Source: Lingula anatina
Taxonomy: Eukaryota; Animalia; Brachiopoda
Length of the DNA: 64,000 bases
Assembly (NCBI GenBank): GCA_051362555.1
Contig: CM120642.1
Span: forward strand, 26,722,001-26,786,000
Direction: 5' to 3'
The notes under the pieces were generated by a model. The model saw only the letters and a list, made by a program, of their open reading frames with translations. It had not been told where the DNA came from and searched no databases. The translations under genes and the position numbers were made by a program. The first letter of the stretch is position 1, and each line of letters starts with the position of its first letter. Shown piece by piece: positions 23,082-38,900 of the stretch.

Positions 23082-26000
23082 TGTTTCACGATCAAATAGT
23101 TTTTGGTTTATTTAAATTGTGCCAAGAATTTTGGTAGTAACGAATTTTAAGTCTTAATGTTTACGTGATTCATTCATGTCTTAATACATTAAATGATGAA
23201 TGGGATCATCTTCTTTTAGCCATACATTATTCTGAAATTACTCCCATAACAAAACACAGCTTTTTTACCTGCTGTTTGTTGCATATTCCTCATACCAATA
23301 TTATGCACTTATCAATAACAACATGTTTCCTGTATGATAATGTCTCGATGCAATATTTAAACAGCGCGATACATTCACTAAATAAGGGGAAAGGGAAATT
23401 TGTGCGTTGTCATCAAAGTACGTTGCCTTAATACGTACGGTAATGGACCGCAAATATCTTCAAAACTCCAATTACATTAAATTGAGGAGCGTGATCGGGT
23501 TCCAGTTAACTAATTCTGTGATTAAGATAAGTCTGTCTCGGCGGAAAGAACTCTATTCCAAGCCTTTGAAGTATTAATTTGAATTTAGAGATGGTAAAGA
23601 TGACGATGCATACTGAACTCTTAGTTGTCTGTCGGAGTAAAAAGTAAAACAGACCATTTAGAGATTGTACTTGAAATATGAAAAAAAGAAAGAAAAAATG
23701 CAATACGATCGATCTTATCACCATCCATGTCTAGACAATAATTTGCCTTTTCCTTAAAATTGAATGAAGTCCAAGCCACTCGCGCGTCATTAGCTCTATG
23801 TAATGTGTGACAAAATGGAGATTTGTTTCTGTATTATGGTCGAAGCTTACTTCTCGAAGCAACAGCAGATAGATGGGTTCAACTTTGAAAGGACGTTAAC
23901 TGGTCTTTTTTTCTTGTCACAAAGGAGCGCAAACACACGTTCATCATAGAATAAAAAACGTGAAGCTAAATAACGACCAAAGATTACAACAAAATTTATG
24001 TTTACCCGAAGGTTCACTGGTTAAGGGGCCCATAAATAATGCAAATCAAATAAAACGTTTTGGATTTGATTTCACAGATTTCCTGATTAAAGCGCTAACT
24101 ATATGACCCAGCGGACGTTTGCTCAGAAGTTAAAGGTAACGACTATTGGCGTTATTTTACTGTGCCGAAGCTACTTTTATTTCATGTTGAAGTGTAAAAT
24201 ATATGAAAGTTGGCGTATCTTGAAATAAATAGTAATAACATGACCCTTTCTTGAGCTATGAGATCTGCGTAGGGACTGTCTGGCTCGATGTTAGCAGTGC
24301 CAAATGTTACCAATGGAAATGTTATGTAACAACGCTTGAAAAAACAACTTGAGGGAATGCTTGAAATGCGTCCGAAATCGTTTAAAGAAGGGGCTCTCTC
24401 GCATGACTTGCACTTATCCTCACTTTTGATCCAAATGAATTTTACTTTTCTTTTCTCTTATAAAAATCAGTTACATTATTGAATTATAGTAATTAAGTAT
24501 TACATGTGTTTGCATTCATGTGTTTCCATTCATAGACTCGCTCGTCTGTCTAACTGCAGTACTGATCACACAAGGCTTATATAACTTGTATAAATTTGGG
24601 TTACATGAACCAGTATAAGGTTTGCTTGGCAGTGAGAACTTACATTGGGGGGGGGGGGGGAGGAATCATAATGCTTTTTATTTTTGTATCAATAGCTGGC
24701 ATTAATTCGCCATCTAGTTTTTATTCTCTGCAATTAATAATTTGCAATTATTTTTGGATAACTGGAATTAATCATTGGCCATTATGCTAATCTAGGTCAA
24801 ACATACCAAAAAAATCATATGAACAAATGAATTATGACTACTGCATTCATTTCCGTGCTGCTAGTACTGAGACATTCACAGTGCTTCTTATATTCATCTC
24901 TGTACATATTTCTACCACATTTCGCTTCCAACATATGAAAATATCGAGGGAAATAATTTACAGATGCCTACAAAACGGCCTTGCAACTTCCTTATTTTCT
25001 ATTTCCGTCAAACAGAACTGAGAGCTGCTTGTTAAAAGCGCACGGCAAAATTTACAGTCACGTTAAGTAAGGATTGTGCTTGTTACAGGTCAACGGACGC
25101 ACATCTCATCTTCATCATCAACGTTTCGATCACTATATCCGCAGAATCACAAGTCACAAATATAATAGCTTGTTGGTGTAACGGATACATGTACGAATTG
25201 TGTCCAGAGTGTGTGGACCTCAACATCAACAAACAAATGATATTTTCACTCAATACGATGTTCGGTGAATTTCTGACGTTATTTGAAATAATATAAAAAC
25301 AGATGGTTAAAACATCCATCAAAAGGCAGTGTACCCAAATCAATTAAATTTTCTTGTAAGCCATTAAGCGTCCTTTCTGAAGTTTGTTTAATATTTTTCA
25401 TTTAATCGTAAACGACTTAAATGCGGGATAATTTTTTTAAACTAAAACCGTATGAGGTATCCTTATAACACGTGCGCCACACAACGTTCATTTTTATTCA
25501 TCTATTTGATGTTGCAGATCGGAATGTTTATCTACTGCGTAACCCTGAATGAAAACTCTTGGATTAAAAAATACCATGGCGCAGGAGCAAATGCACACGA
25601 AAAAAAATTCACAGCACAAAAAAAACCAAATTCACCCGTTCGTCAAATATGATTACACGTCAGCCGTGTATTCGAACTCAAGATGCATGCATGTTTTGCA
25701 ACACATAACAGAAGAGACTTAGGAGAAAATATTGCGACAATGGCCATGAATGAATGAAACAGTAAAACCAAGGGACTTAAACACTGCGCTATCCATGAGA
25801 TTTTTTTCTCTTCCACAGAAGCCGTCTTTCAGTGTGTCCACTTCCCTTTCAGTGACACGATGATACTTTACTGAACTATTTCACGCAGAGAGACCGCACT
25901 AAGTGATCCATTAACGAATTAAAATAAAAGTAGACGTCTCAGATATAATCCACGAAGCATTCCCCGTTTTTAATCGAGTACACGTGGGTAACCCCTCTCG

Positions 26001-26271
26001 TGGCCCACCCCAAACGCAATCCTAACACATATGGCGCGCACCCTAACGGGTCAGATGTCAAACATCATCACCTCACTTTGGTGAATCTTATTAAACCTTC
26101 TGCCTCTTAAGTCAACCTGCCTTGGTGTCAAAGCTGCCCCTCTTCCCAAGCTTCGCCATTCACTCGGGCGCGGGAAGGCAGAAGTCGGGGGCTGATTTAT
26201 GCGTTGAGCCCCACGCCCAGGGTCGAGTCGGCATGCTGAGTCGGGCACGATCGCGCTGGGGCGCGGATAGG

Positions 26272-29200
26272 ATGTTTTCCGGTGTAATCGGTGCGTTTTT
26301 GATGTTGTCGTGGGTCAAGGTGTGTAGTGGACAACTCGGTGACCACCAGAAAATCTACCTCGAGGTGAGTAATTGCATTTAACAAGTTCTTAAACTGTAT
26401 TTGTGCATTCATCGGCGTCATGCCTGCTGCCGCTGAGACTAGACCTAGAGCTTTTCGATATCAGAAGTGTATCTAAGAAACAAGACTTCTTTCTGGCTTT
26501 GTTAAAAATAAACCAAAAAACTGATTTGAAATAACAACGCTGAACTTTGTCCTTGTCCTTAATATCATTCGCACTTTTGTTTTGAGACACTCCGCGGCCA
26601 AAGAAGCCTCGGCAACGCCGCATAATTCAGTTATGCAGTCACAATTCCAAATGCATACCTATTCTTCTAACCTAGACATAATTTGTACATTATCGAAGAC
26701 ACAGGCAACGATGACTCTTAACCCCATCCGTTAATGAGTACCTTTTTCATTTCTGGTTTAAGGATTGCCAAATTATATTTCGCTTTTTTTATGTATGTTG
26801 GATGAGATTGTCAAGAATTTTGGGTGTGAGCTTATGCGCGTCTACTGTCTTATAGCGATCGGGGTCTTAAGGGTCCCTCAGAAATAATTTGACATAACGA
26901 CGTCGTCACTTCAAATAATCGCTTGCTTCTAACAAGAAGGAAGTGGTTCGTCTATTCATTTCAAGGTTCAGTGAGTGTTCTCTCCATGCAAATGACATAT
27001 ACGTGTACTATAAGTTAATGTTGCTGAGAATTGATGATTCTGACGCTGCGATACTTTTTCACACCAGCAACCGATAAGGGATGGTGTCAGTAAAATTTTG
27101 AATTCCCATATCTGATAGAACGTGGAGGATTATCAAAATGGCTCCGTGGCACTCCTGGTGGCGTAACCCAAGTTTAGTCTGGAAAATTTAATCCTAAAAT
27201 GAGTAAAACTTACAAGTATCAGGTGAAAGGCTATTATCGGCAAAAAGAAAACAAAAAAGAAACATATTTTGTACTCATACATGTAATGGAACAATAGAGA
27301 GCTTTGACATGATTGTATCGAAATGCCGCGATATTAATTAACGCTCAACCCGGTATAGAATTATTAAAGGCGGCATAATATAAAGAATAGATTTTCCTAT
27401 TAGCTCAGAGGTTTGACAATTTTAGTTCTCACTGACCAATTATAGAATATAAGATTATTTAAATCCGTTATTTCACGACTTCCCTTAAACGTTTTCTTTG
27501 GATATTTGCATTGTGGATTAATGCAATAACATCTGAGAAGTGGTAATAATTTCGTAAGGGAAAAGTGTATTTAATAAATTATGTATTTTGGAAATACATG
27601 CAATAATTGGACATCTGAAAGGAAAGTGGGAAGATTCAAGGCAACAAAAATTCAATGCACCATCTCGTTAAAAGGAAACTTAAAACTTGCTATTTTCAAA
27701 GTACACGTGGCGGGGGACCTCAATTGGCTGCAAATTAACCATGGGATCTTATCGTGTGTTCCGCAGTTAAACAACCATTTACGATTATCTTGTGAAACAG
27801 AAAAGGGCAACAAAAACAAAGCACTGATATATCACTTATAGAATTGCAAGGCAGTTAAGAATAATTGGAACTTCCTTTAGAAAACGTTCCCATAGACGAG
27901 AAAGGGATTTCAGACTACTGGTATTTTCACATCTACCTCCTTTATAAATGATTATAGGAATATCTTGCATATGCTTATGCTTGGTGTCAGCAAATTGATA
28001 TTCAAGAAACTAGGCACGAAACCGTTCTGTATAGAAATTCCAAAGAATTTCTATATCGTAAAATAATCTTATTTAACCAGTTCAAAAGTGTGCACGAGAT
28101 TCTTTTCCTATTAAAACACTCCATAAACCACACTGGAACTGTCTGAGTGTCGTAACCAATCAGTGTTAAACATGATTTAAACCAAATTTACTTCATTATT
28201 GCACACCCAATTCAACTCCTGTCCAGAGTGTTTCTAAACTCTGAACTTTTTCACATTTAACATAATCTCGATCCCATCAGTGAATAATGTTCTAATTCGG
28301 CGTAAGGCGTTTTCATCATTATGATTTCATTGCACGTCATCGTTTTTCACTTACTATTACCCAGATAAAAGCCAAGAAAGAAAATGCGATTAACATCAAA
28401 TATAAATATAAAATTTTATCTAAACGCGACGCACTGGATATCTAGCTTGTTAGATATGAGATATTCCTCGAAGAAGTTTCTTTGCCAGTGGTAGTAAGTT
28501 TTGTTATACGTGTTTGATTTTTTTACTATGTGTGAGTGTGTGTGCACGTGTGTTTTTTTTTTCAGAGAAGTACTAAAGAAATGCCAGAATTGTATCATTT
28601 TTGCTCAGTAGCAATGGCCAATGCAATGATTGAAGTGCATTTGGCTTAACCTAGTCCGTAAAGAAAAAAAACATTTGAAGATTGCGAGCACGTACACACA
28701 CCTCACCTAGATCTTAAATAACCACCCGTGTGAAGGGGACCTTCACGGCTGAGGGAGGTTCGCGGCACGAGGCAGATTATGTAAGCGGAGAAAATCCGGT
28801 TATCGCATTGCCAAAAACGATAGCATATTGCAGACAGAGGGAGGCTTTACTGGTCAGTTCTCATTTATCTCACCTGGGGTCAGTTAAAAATACGATACTG
28901 AGGTCCGATTTGTAGTGTGTTCAACACGTGGTCTTAATTTACGGTATGTAATGTTATTGTCAGTCCAGGCAATCAAAACCATCTGCTGGTTCTGATTACA
29001 CACTCCGCGGGATCTTAAATTTTTTGATAAAGCTGTATTCATGTTTTTACAGCATTGGTAGGCCTAATATCCTTGCTTAAAATTCGGGAAAACGAAAATT
29101 TTATAATTGAACCAATCACTTTGTAAAAGTTAGTTATGATCCCCGCTCCTGTTAGACACAAAAGCCTTTGGTAGCAGAATAAAGCACGAAGCATTAAGCG

Positions 29201-32200
29201 CCTTGGATAAAAGAGTGACACTTTGCTCGTTGTATTTTAGCTGAAAGACGAAAGTGGTTCTCTGATGCTGCTGTAGGTTTACCAGCAATCCATTAGAAAC
29301 CTCTTGAAATGTGTAACTGTCTATTAACGCAAGAGAGAACCACGTGTTCGTGGCCGAGTTAATGTTGTTTCAGGATGACCAGAACACTTAGAACAACAAC
29401 TGTGAAGTGGCCCTTACTTCTCACCCTTAATTGTGATCCATACAAGCGAGTCCAAAACATTCCATCGCCGTTACGCTTGTTGGAATGAAGCTCGTTAGCG
29501 GTAATCGCTTTCAAAAAAGAACAATGAAAATATGAGCATTTCAATGGGTTTGGTAACTGGGATTGATTCGGAAATACAACGTTACGTGTGTTTCTCCTCG
29601 GGGCGAATCCGTCCACAAGACCCGCATCAAACAAAGTTAGAAATAACAATCGGGATACATCTAATTTACCAAAACATCACGTATTCCGTAAGAGGCACTA
29701 CTTTTAAAGAGAATTCTAATTAACCCAATAGACACGAGAAGTCAAAATTCATTAACATAGCAACAATTGTAACGTGCAGTCAAGTTTGTCGGGGTTATGT
29801 TAAAAGTCTCAACCATACATGATATACTGCTGACGTGTTTTAGAAACATGTGTTGCTCTGCTGTGAGAGCATGCTGAAAAAAGATGCCACCACAGTACTC
29901 ACAGCATGTGCGGTCACCGGCTGGTCGTGTATATAAAGTGGTTTATTTCAATCCAGCGATGGGCCATTAAAACTACATGCCCCTCTCACCCACTATGGCC
30001 TGTGCTTTGTGTGTGGTGGCCTTGTCCAAACTGTTGTAGACATTTTGCTTTTACGCGTTTTATAAATTGCGAGATGGATATACTCTAAGCAACGTAGGAA
30101 ATTCCAAAAGTCTGAAACAAAATGGCGCAGAAACCCTCAAAAGCAACTAATAAACTAACAATTAATAAAATCTTATGTGCAATGGTGGAAGGATGGGTGG
30201 TCAAAAATCCTTGACCAACCAGTGGAAATGTATAGGAGATATTGTCGCATAAACTTCAGACAATAAACAAGTATATGTGGCCTTTACAGTGTTTTCATAG
30301 AAAACTATGCTTTGTCGGGTCAAAAATATCAGATTTAGTGAGAACAGTGTAGAAATTGAAAATTGAAGGATGTCTTAAAATCTTACCCATATGTGAATAA
30401 GATTATGGAATTTTTTAATATTCTATAATACTTTCTTTTAAAAATAATGTTTTAATGTTGTTTTTATAACAGTAAGGCATATTCAGAATGATGCCAAGCT
30501 CCCACACCAAACAGCAGTCACATCTAGCACATTACTTTTAGCGAAACTAAACTAGGTAACTTCAATTGCGAACGTGTTGTCAGTATTGGTTATGTCTTGG
30601 TGGAAAATGTAATGCAAGACTTTTCGAGCATTTCAAAAGTCGAAGCATTCTCCATTACATTTTCTTTTTAGAAATCTGACTATTAGAAAATATGTCGATA
30701 TATTGTCAGTGTAATCGGTTTGATTTCAGTCATGTTTCTCTCTCTTACAGGTAAACAACACAAGAGGCGCCTTGTGTAAAAGCCCTCGCTTGGATATAAC
30801 ATTCATAATAGACGAATCAAGAAGTATATGGGAGCCAGACTTTAAAAAGCAATTGCAATTCCTCTCCCGAGTGACGGAGGACTTAACAATCGGACCAGAC
30901 GACATTCAAATTGGAGCTTTAACATTTGCCACTTACACAACTGACCATTTCTATCTCAACACATATAAGACACAGAAAGATGTACGGAGGGCATTATCAT
31001 ACATCCGGCAGTTAAACACTGGTAGAACGAATACGCATTTAGCAATTCAAAGGGTGCGTGAAAGATATTTCTTGCCGGAGAAAGGCGCTCGAAAGAATGT
31101 CCCAAAGGTTGCTATAGTGATAACGGATGGCGAATCGCGCGAGCCAAAGGATACAGCTCGTGAAGCTGCGCAGGTAAAGTGTTCCAGACACAAATGAAAC
31201 GTTTCGAATTCGGTATTTTTCTAACCACGTATAAAGGTGAAGGGAATTGTAATCAGTTATCAGTTTTCAAGTTCAATCCAATTGAAAATTTTCGGAAAAC
31301 CTCAATTTTCGGAATACCTCAAAATTGTTATTGAGTGGTTTGAATTAATTTCAAAAGAACCTATATTTAAATGACAGTGTTTCGTCTATATTTATTTTGT
31401 CACCCGTCACTATTAAACAAGGAATAAAAATGTATCTGCATTTTATTTCAGGCTAGAACAGAGGGGATTCTTATGATTGCTATAGGCGTTGGTAGGAAGT
31501 TTTCTATAAAAGAACTCAATGCTATTGCCAGTAACAGACCTGGGATAATGGGGAAGCTTGTTTTCACTGTAGAAGAATATGGAGCTCTGGACGAAGTTCG
31601 GTTTGAAATTGCAAAAGTAATGTGTTCCGGTAAGATGTTTACAGATACGTTATGTGTCGAAAAACGATTTGCATGTTAGTAAATGCAATGATGTTCGAAA
31701 TTGTAAAATTTGTTACTTTACTTTTCACGCAGCATTAAGGCTGCTATCAAATCCATCTTCCAGCTAAAAGCCGCTTACCCAAATTGTTCTTGTTATACTA
31801 ATACATTTTTGGAAAGCTGCTCCTTTGGCTTTAAGACCCCACAGAATAAAATCCATCCACACAAACTGTCCCCGATATATTGACCAGATAGGGGGAACAC
31901 GATTTATACTGGGTGGGGGAGCTTTAACTTCTCTCAGACACCAGTTGCATCCTATTTGCCCTATTAACTGGTTAAACAGCGCAGAAAAAAGTCAGTTGCT
32001 TCATGAGAGTTTTGCTTCAGTGGAAAATTCAAAGATAAACCCAGGATTTTGCTAAGGGGTGGGTGGTTGGGGGGCAATCTTTTTCTTCGCTTGGCAAGTA
32101 GAAAATAGAGAATGAGGACATTTTACTGTAAAATGAAGGGTGCAGGGATGGCAATTGTTTAATTTGGTATCGTTTCACTTGTTGGGGTGTTTCTGATAGG

Positions 32201-35200
32201 CAGAAGGAGGTTGAATTTTTTGGGAGGGAAAACTGGTGCCTCTAAAACTAAGGAAAGGGAGGGTATGTGGCTCAATTTTCCCACTAAAATTTTAATCAAA
32301 ATAATCACCCTGCCTTCTACAGGACAAGAAAGCCAGGCGCTGTCAGATGTGGCGTCCACGTGGGGAGCGTGGAGTCAGTGGACAGAATGCAGCAAGACCT
32401 GTGGCGGAGGGACACGGGGACGGTCAAGGCTCTGTGAAGGGATAACAGAGAGATGTGAAGGGACGGCAGAAGACGTGGAGCCATGCAACCCAACACCATG
32501 CGGTGAATTACATTTTTATAACCCTTCCAGAGCGTGTTAAGCCAGGGTTTCTTGTTTGGGCGTGCTTTCAAGCAATTTTCAAAATGAAATGACAGTTCAA
32601 TTATTACAAATAAAATGAAATATTGTTTAAAAAGAAAATTAAAAAAAAATGAATAAATGAATAATGAAACTGCGTTGCCGACATCCTGGCTATCGTTGTC
32701 GCCAAAATGTTTCACAAAAAATTATTTATCTTGAGTGCCATCAACATTGTATTTTTATTCGTATAGCGGAGTGGACGACATGGTCACCATGGTCACCTTG
32801 CCCTGTCACGTGCGGCCAAGGTCAGGCGGTCAGACGCAGGAAATGCCAAAATGGTGCCCCTGGTGTGGATTGTGTAGGACTAGAAATAGAGGGGAAGACA
32901 TGTTTTACTATAAATTGCCGTAAACCTGGTGAGCAAACATTTGTCTTGGATTCATTCTTGGGTGTTTCAAAGGAATCACTTTTTTAATATGAATAATAAG
33001 CATCCTTAATTATTGAAAGCATACATAATACCAAAATTGATTTAAATATTCAGGACAAAAGTCAGGCTATGAATTTTGTTAAATTGTGTATCGCATTGTC
33101 CAGAAAAAATCTTTATTCAGTTCTGTTTCTTAGGCGACCCATGTCAAACCCAAAAGATCGATTTGGTGTTTGTGGTTGACGAATCTACAAGTATCTGGCA
33201 ACCGAATTTTATGAAGCAACTTAAATTCCTTTCCCGTATAACTGAAGATTTCGAAATCGGACAAAATGCCACGCAGATTGGTGTTCTAACATTTGCAACC
33301 AATGCCAGGGATCAATTTTACCTCAATAAATACCAAACAGGAAAAGAAGTAAGGGAAGCAATTAAAAAGATTGTCCAACCAGACACGTTTTCTACAAATA
33401 CGCATAAGGCTATCAATCTTATGCGCATGGACTATTTCCTGTCAAAAAACGGTGATCGGCCGGATGTTCCTAACGTTGCTGTAGTAATAACAGACGGCAA
33501 GTCTCGGAACCAATTAGCTACAAAGAAAGAGGCGGCCGAGGTATGACCCATTCTTAAATAGTTTCTATATTAAACATTTAACACCTTACATTTGATTTCT
33601 CGTCGGCTTTACAGTTTCTATTTTTGCCAAAAAAAAAAAAAAAACGCAAAAAGGTATCCCAAGAAATAAATTAACCTAATATTGGCTATAAGCAGACTTT
33701 GATTAAAGATAACATACAGTATAATTTTTTGACCGACAGAACTAAAAATTGCGGATGAAATAAATGAAGATCCATCATTTTCAGGCCAAGAATCAAGGTA
33801 TCACAATGGTGGCTGTTGGAATCGGCAAGCAATACTCTCTGAACGAGCTCCGTAACATTGCCAGTGACCACGCAGAGATGCCGGGTGAGAAGATGGTGTT
33901 CACGGTGGAAAACTATGACACACTGGCTGACTTGAAGGAACAAATATCCAGGATAGTATGCCCAGGTATACAATAATAAGACCATTACTGCAACAAGCGT
34001 TTAGATACATTATCAAAATTACCCTTCCGTTCAAAAGCTATCTCATTGATTTCGTTTTACTACAAGTCAGGCTGAATACGTATAATTTTCCTTGACAGAT
34101 AAAAAATTGCATGTGTATATGCACTAAAACACCAAAAACTGTGGCTTCTAAGGTTGAACGTAAGTAAGTGCGCAGTGTACCTTAATACAGGGAAGAATCA
34201 AAACAAAATATCTTGCTTGTTTTTGCATATTAGCTATTTGACGTCAAAAAGCTCCGGAGCCATCAAAACAAAATAGGTTTTATCTCGTTTATTTATTTAT
34301 TTGGGGGGGGGGTGGAGGGGTGAAATGAGAGGCCCTTGGTTGCTGTTACCCCTTGTGTAACAGCTTGTAAGAAACAAAATTTAAGATACGTCTTTGTATT
34401 CCACAGACAAACCCATCTCACAGCCTGGATGGGGCAAATGGACCATGTGTAGTAAGACGTGTGACGGAGGTATAAGGACCCGCCGTTGTGACGGCGCAGT
34501 GGAACAGTGTAGAGGCAGAGCCCAGGAAATACAGCCGTGCAACACAAACCCATGCCGTAAGTAAAGGGTAATTTCACTATGAACGTGAAAGACTGCTTCC
34601 TCAATATTGATGGTGACTTGCACATCTGTAATTGACATAAATGTGATTGGAAGAGGCACCAACTGCATTGTACGTAGCTGCAGAGGTTTACATCAGGCAC
34701 GTAGGAAGCGATTTCTATGTGGGGCTGAACCACTCTGGGAAAATACTTTGGTTACGGGGTGGGGTTAAGGGGAAAATAATTAATGTATTTGAAGTAAGAC
34801 ATCGATTTATTGGGGTGTCGTTCAGCGACGTAATATTCTTATGACCTATTAAAGAATACATTTTACTGAAAATATCTGAATCCCATGCTCATAGCGCTTA
34901 GGATTTACTAGCATTTGGTTGAAAAAGTCTGAGCTCTTGTTCAAGCAGAGTAAAAATACGATATGTTTTAACATTCAGCCAATTGGGCGCCTTGGTATCC
35001 GTGGGGAACGTGTTCCGCCACGTGCGGGGTAGGGCTCCAGGTCAGGACACGCTACTGTATAGCCGGAGTAAGCGGAGTCGACTGCCTTGGGGACGCCCAG
35101 GAACGACGCGCGTGCAATACGACCAAAAACTGCGGTAGGTTTGCAGTTTTCTTTTACATCTGCATTTTTATTAATTTTCCAATGTCTAACGTACGCCGTT

Positions 35201-35861
35201 TAAGTTTTGTCTGTAGCATAACTGTCAATAGGCAAGTATTACCGCGCCATTTGCTGGCCCCAGACTGCAGGGAAGCGGATTTTTCACTCGATAAACTGTT
35301 TACCAGATAAAATTTGGACCAATCTCGAGTACATGTTATGTTTTTCTATGGATTGACATCGTTTGTGATGTGATGCTAAAAAGCCAAAAACCGAATTCGT
35401 AAATTGCATTTGTATGGAATGTACCTTGCATTACATGTATATGTATTATACGACTTTTTAAAAATAAAAGTTGACTCTGTAAAAAAAGATAATTTTAGCA
35501 CCGAAAATCTTTGGGAGTTAAGTCATGTTCACGTCTATTTCGACTAAAACCAATGAAAAATTCGTACCATAGGTTTTGTGGGAGATAAAAAATACTTTCA
35601 ATTATAAGGTGACGAGTTTCGCAGAATCAACTGTATATATTTGTTTGATATATATATACAGCATCATGGGCCACGTGGACCCAGTGGAGCGAGTGTTCAG
35701 AAACATGTGACGAAGGTTTCCAGTCGAGGACACGTGTGTGCGAGGGTGGCGCCCCTGGTGAGGACTGCCCAGGGAAATCTGAAGAAGGCCGAAAGTGTTA
35801 CCTCAAACAGTGCCGTAGGTTGAGTTTCCTTACATGAATTTTGGTCAGATTTAATTTTCTT

Positions 35862-35919
<58 letters not shown>

Positions 35920-38900
35920 TATCGTTTGCTTGTTTGTTAATCTTTGTATTTGCATTATGTGTAGAAAATGATTATTCTAAGTCACTCGGGGTCTTTTTAG
36001 GATCTGTAGCGATTGTCAATCACCTTGCGGTAACTCTGTTCAGTTAGATTTGTTCTTTGGCATTCCCTTCATCTCTTCTATCTATCACAGCATTGGTGAC
36101 CTCCTGTGGTCATTGGATTGGAGCCTTGGTCGAAATGTGTTCAGTTTCTAGCGTATGTGATAAAGTTCGATTGCTTTTTGCTGATCTGTTTCTCACCTAC
36201 AGCATTCTGGGTGTCGTGGGGAGAATGGGGCGACTGTTCAGCCACGTGCGGTAACGGCACTCAGTCCAGACGGAGGCGCTGTAGCGGAGGGTTCCCTGGA
36301 AAGGACTGTCTTGGAGAGCCAGAGGACAGCAGGCAGTGCATCCTCACACAGTGTCGTAAGTTGAAATCTGATCAAAATAGTATTTTTTTAGGGGGTGGAG
36401 GGTGAAGTGACGCACCAGTTTCATATTCAGAGTCACGTTTTATATTTAGACAGTCGCTGGTAAATACAGCTATTCATACGCTATAAGTTGTATTGTACGA
36501 ACAAGGGGGGGGGGGCAAAAACAAGAACGGAGGGATATCCCATACATACACTCACACGCACACATACACACGCGCACACACAAACATTCTTGCTTTCATT
36601 AAGTCAAGTTACTTCAATAAAGTTGATAATGTAGACAATTTCCGTGTACCAAAATCCAATTACATACGTAACACGTGCTCTTGTTTTGTTTTCAAAATGA
36701 ACAGCATTCTGGAATCCTTGGTCCACTTGGAGTGAGTGTTCAGCAACGTGTGGCAGTGACGGGTTTCAATCACGTACGCGTGTTTGTAATGATAGCACAG
36801 GTGCCGGTTGCGATGGAGAATCCGAGGAAGGGCAACAATGCAATAACAAGCAATGCCGTAAGTCAGTATGAACAAGAGTCTGTCATTTAAGACATTTGTT
36901 AGACAAATGCACCTTGAGCTTCAGAGATTACTGGATACTCATTTCAAGCAACGTATATCTATAAAACATAACGTGGAAAAACTTCACCAGGAATGCAGAA
37001 GGCGTATTCGATTAATTTTCTACTGAGGGCCATGTAATCGCATATATCCTCACTGTTCCATTCGCACATACAAATTTGTATATGATAGGAAATATTTTTG
37101 TATATATAAATAATAAAAGGTATATCAATAATGGTAATGTTTCACTAGCTGTACTATATTGGAACACGGTAAAGATCATTTATCTGTGTTATATATCGAA
37201 ATTTTATACATGTTAGCAACCTGGGGCTCCTGGGCTCCCTGGAGCGATTGTTCAGTAAGTTGTGGCGACGGCTCGCAGACCAGAACACGGCTCTGTACAG
37301 ACGGGATCCCCGGTGTGGACTGCATTGGAGATGGGGAAGAAATACAAGAGTGCAGGGTGAAACCTTGCCGTAAGTGGACATTTTATATATAAGTTGGTTA
37401 AAACAGCAAGCAATCAGAACTTTAAATCGTACTTACACTAGAAACACACCTCTTTCAAGGTGAAGGAATCACGTAATGAAGAGACCATCTGAATTTATCT
37501 TATTTATCATTTTTAAACACGAGTATAAATCCCCAGATATGGTACCGCAGTGTTTGCCGGAAGGGCCTTTTAATAGCGGTCATCTATCCATTCCTTTGTA
37601 TCTCGCTTATTATTATTTTTTCAATATCAGCAACCTGGGATTCTTGGACGCCGTGGACCGACTGTTCTGTCACATGTGGCAGTGGCTGGCAGTCCAGAAC
37701 TCGGTTATGTAAAGATGGCGTCCCCTCCGTAGACTGCCTGGGAGCCGGGAAGGAAGAGCAAGAGTGCAATATAATCCCTTGTCGTAAGTAAAAAATTAAA
37801 ATGTAAGTTGGTTCGGTTCGAAAAAAGCAGTCATTCCAAACAGATAGATGAACGGCATATATGTGAGACTCTTGGGCGTCCCGACGTGTAGGAACCTAAT
37901 AAGCAGAACCCACGCGCACGCATTTTCTGGGTGCAACGTGTGAGGGATGTATTTTTAAAAAAAGGAAAAGCTATAGAAACGCAGTGATACTCCTGATTTA
38001 TCAAATAATTTGGTTGTGTGTAAAAATATTTGATCTGTAAAATAATGATTCACTTCATGTTGTACTGGAATTTACCCCTATCCTACAATCACAAAGTCAT
38101 AAAAGGTTTAGGTGTCCATACTTCACAGGAAACGATATGGACTTCATGAACCCCCGCACAATAATAATAATAATTATAATAATAATATTTAGCAATCTGG
38201 GGCTCATGGACTCCCTGGACCGACTGTTCGGTGACATGTGGCAGTGGCACCCAGACCAGAGAACGGCTGTGTATAGATGGCGCCCCCGGTGTGGACTGTC
38301 TTGGAGAGCAGGATGAAGAGCGGGAATGTCATATTATACAATGTCGTACGTTATAAATTTATTTATCTGCTGTTTGATATTCTTTTACATAATCATATAT
38401 GTATGAAATGTCATTATTATTTATTTGATTATACATTTGAAATGTGTATGATATAGCAACTGGATCTAAGATCGAGTTTTTTGTAAATGGTAAATATTGA
38501 AAATACATCAAAATACCCACAGACTTTATCTTCGCTCTGAGAAAATGTCCATTCACTGTTGTATGAAGTTGTCTTTCTGCAGCGTCATGGGCCTCCTGGA
38601 CGCCATGGAGCGAGTGTTCGGCTACATGTGGTGACGGGTTTCAATCAAAAACACGCTATTGTGAAGGCGGAGTGGCCGGTGTGGACTGTGTTGGTGAATC
38701 CGAAGAAGGAAGGAAGTGCAACGTCAAATCTTGTGGTAAGCATACACTTTGTACAATTGTGATTCTTATTGAACTTAAGATCAGTTTGTCCAATATACAT
38801 TTTGAGGTATATATCGCACTTATAAGTCACCCTTTACATTTTATTGTCTCCGCCTATAATACGCATCTGCGTACACATCTTATTGCCAAATATATTTATA

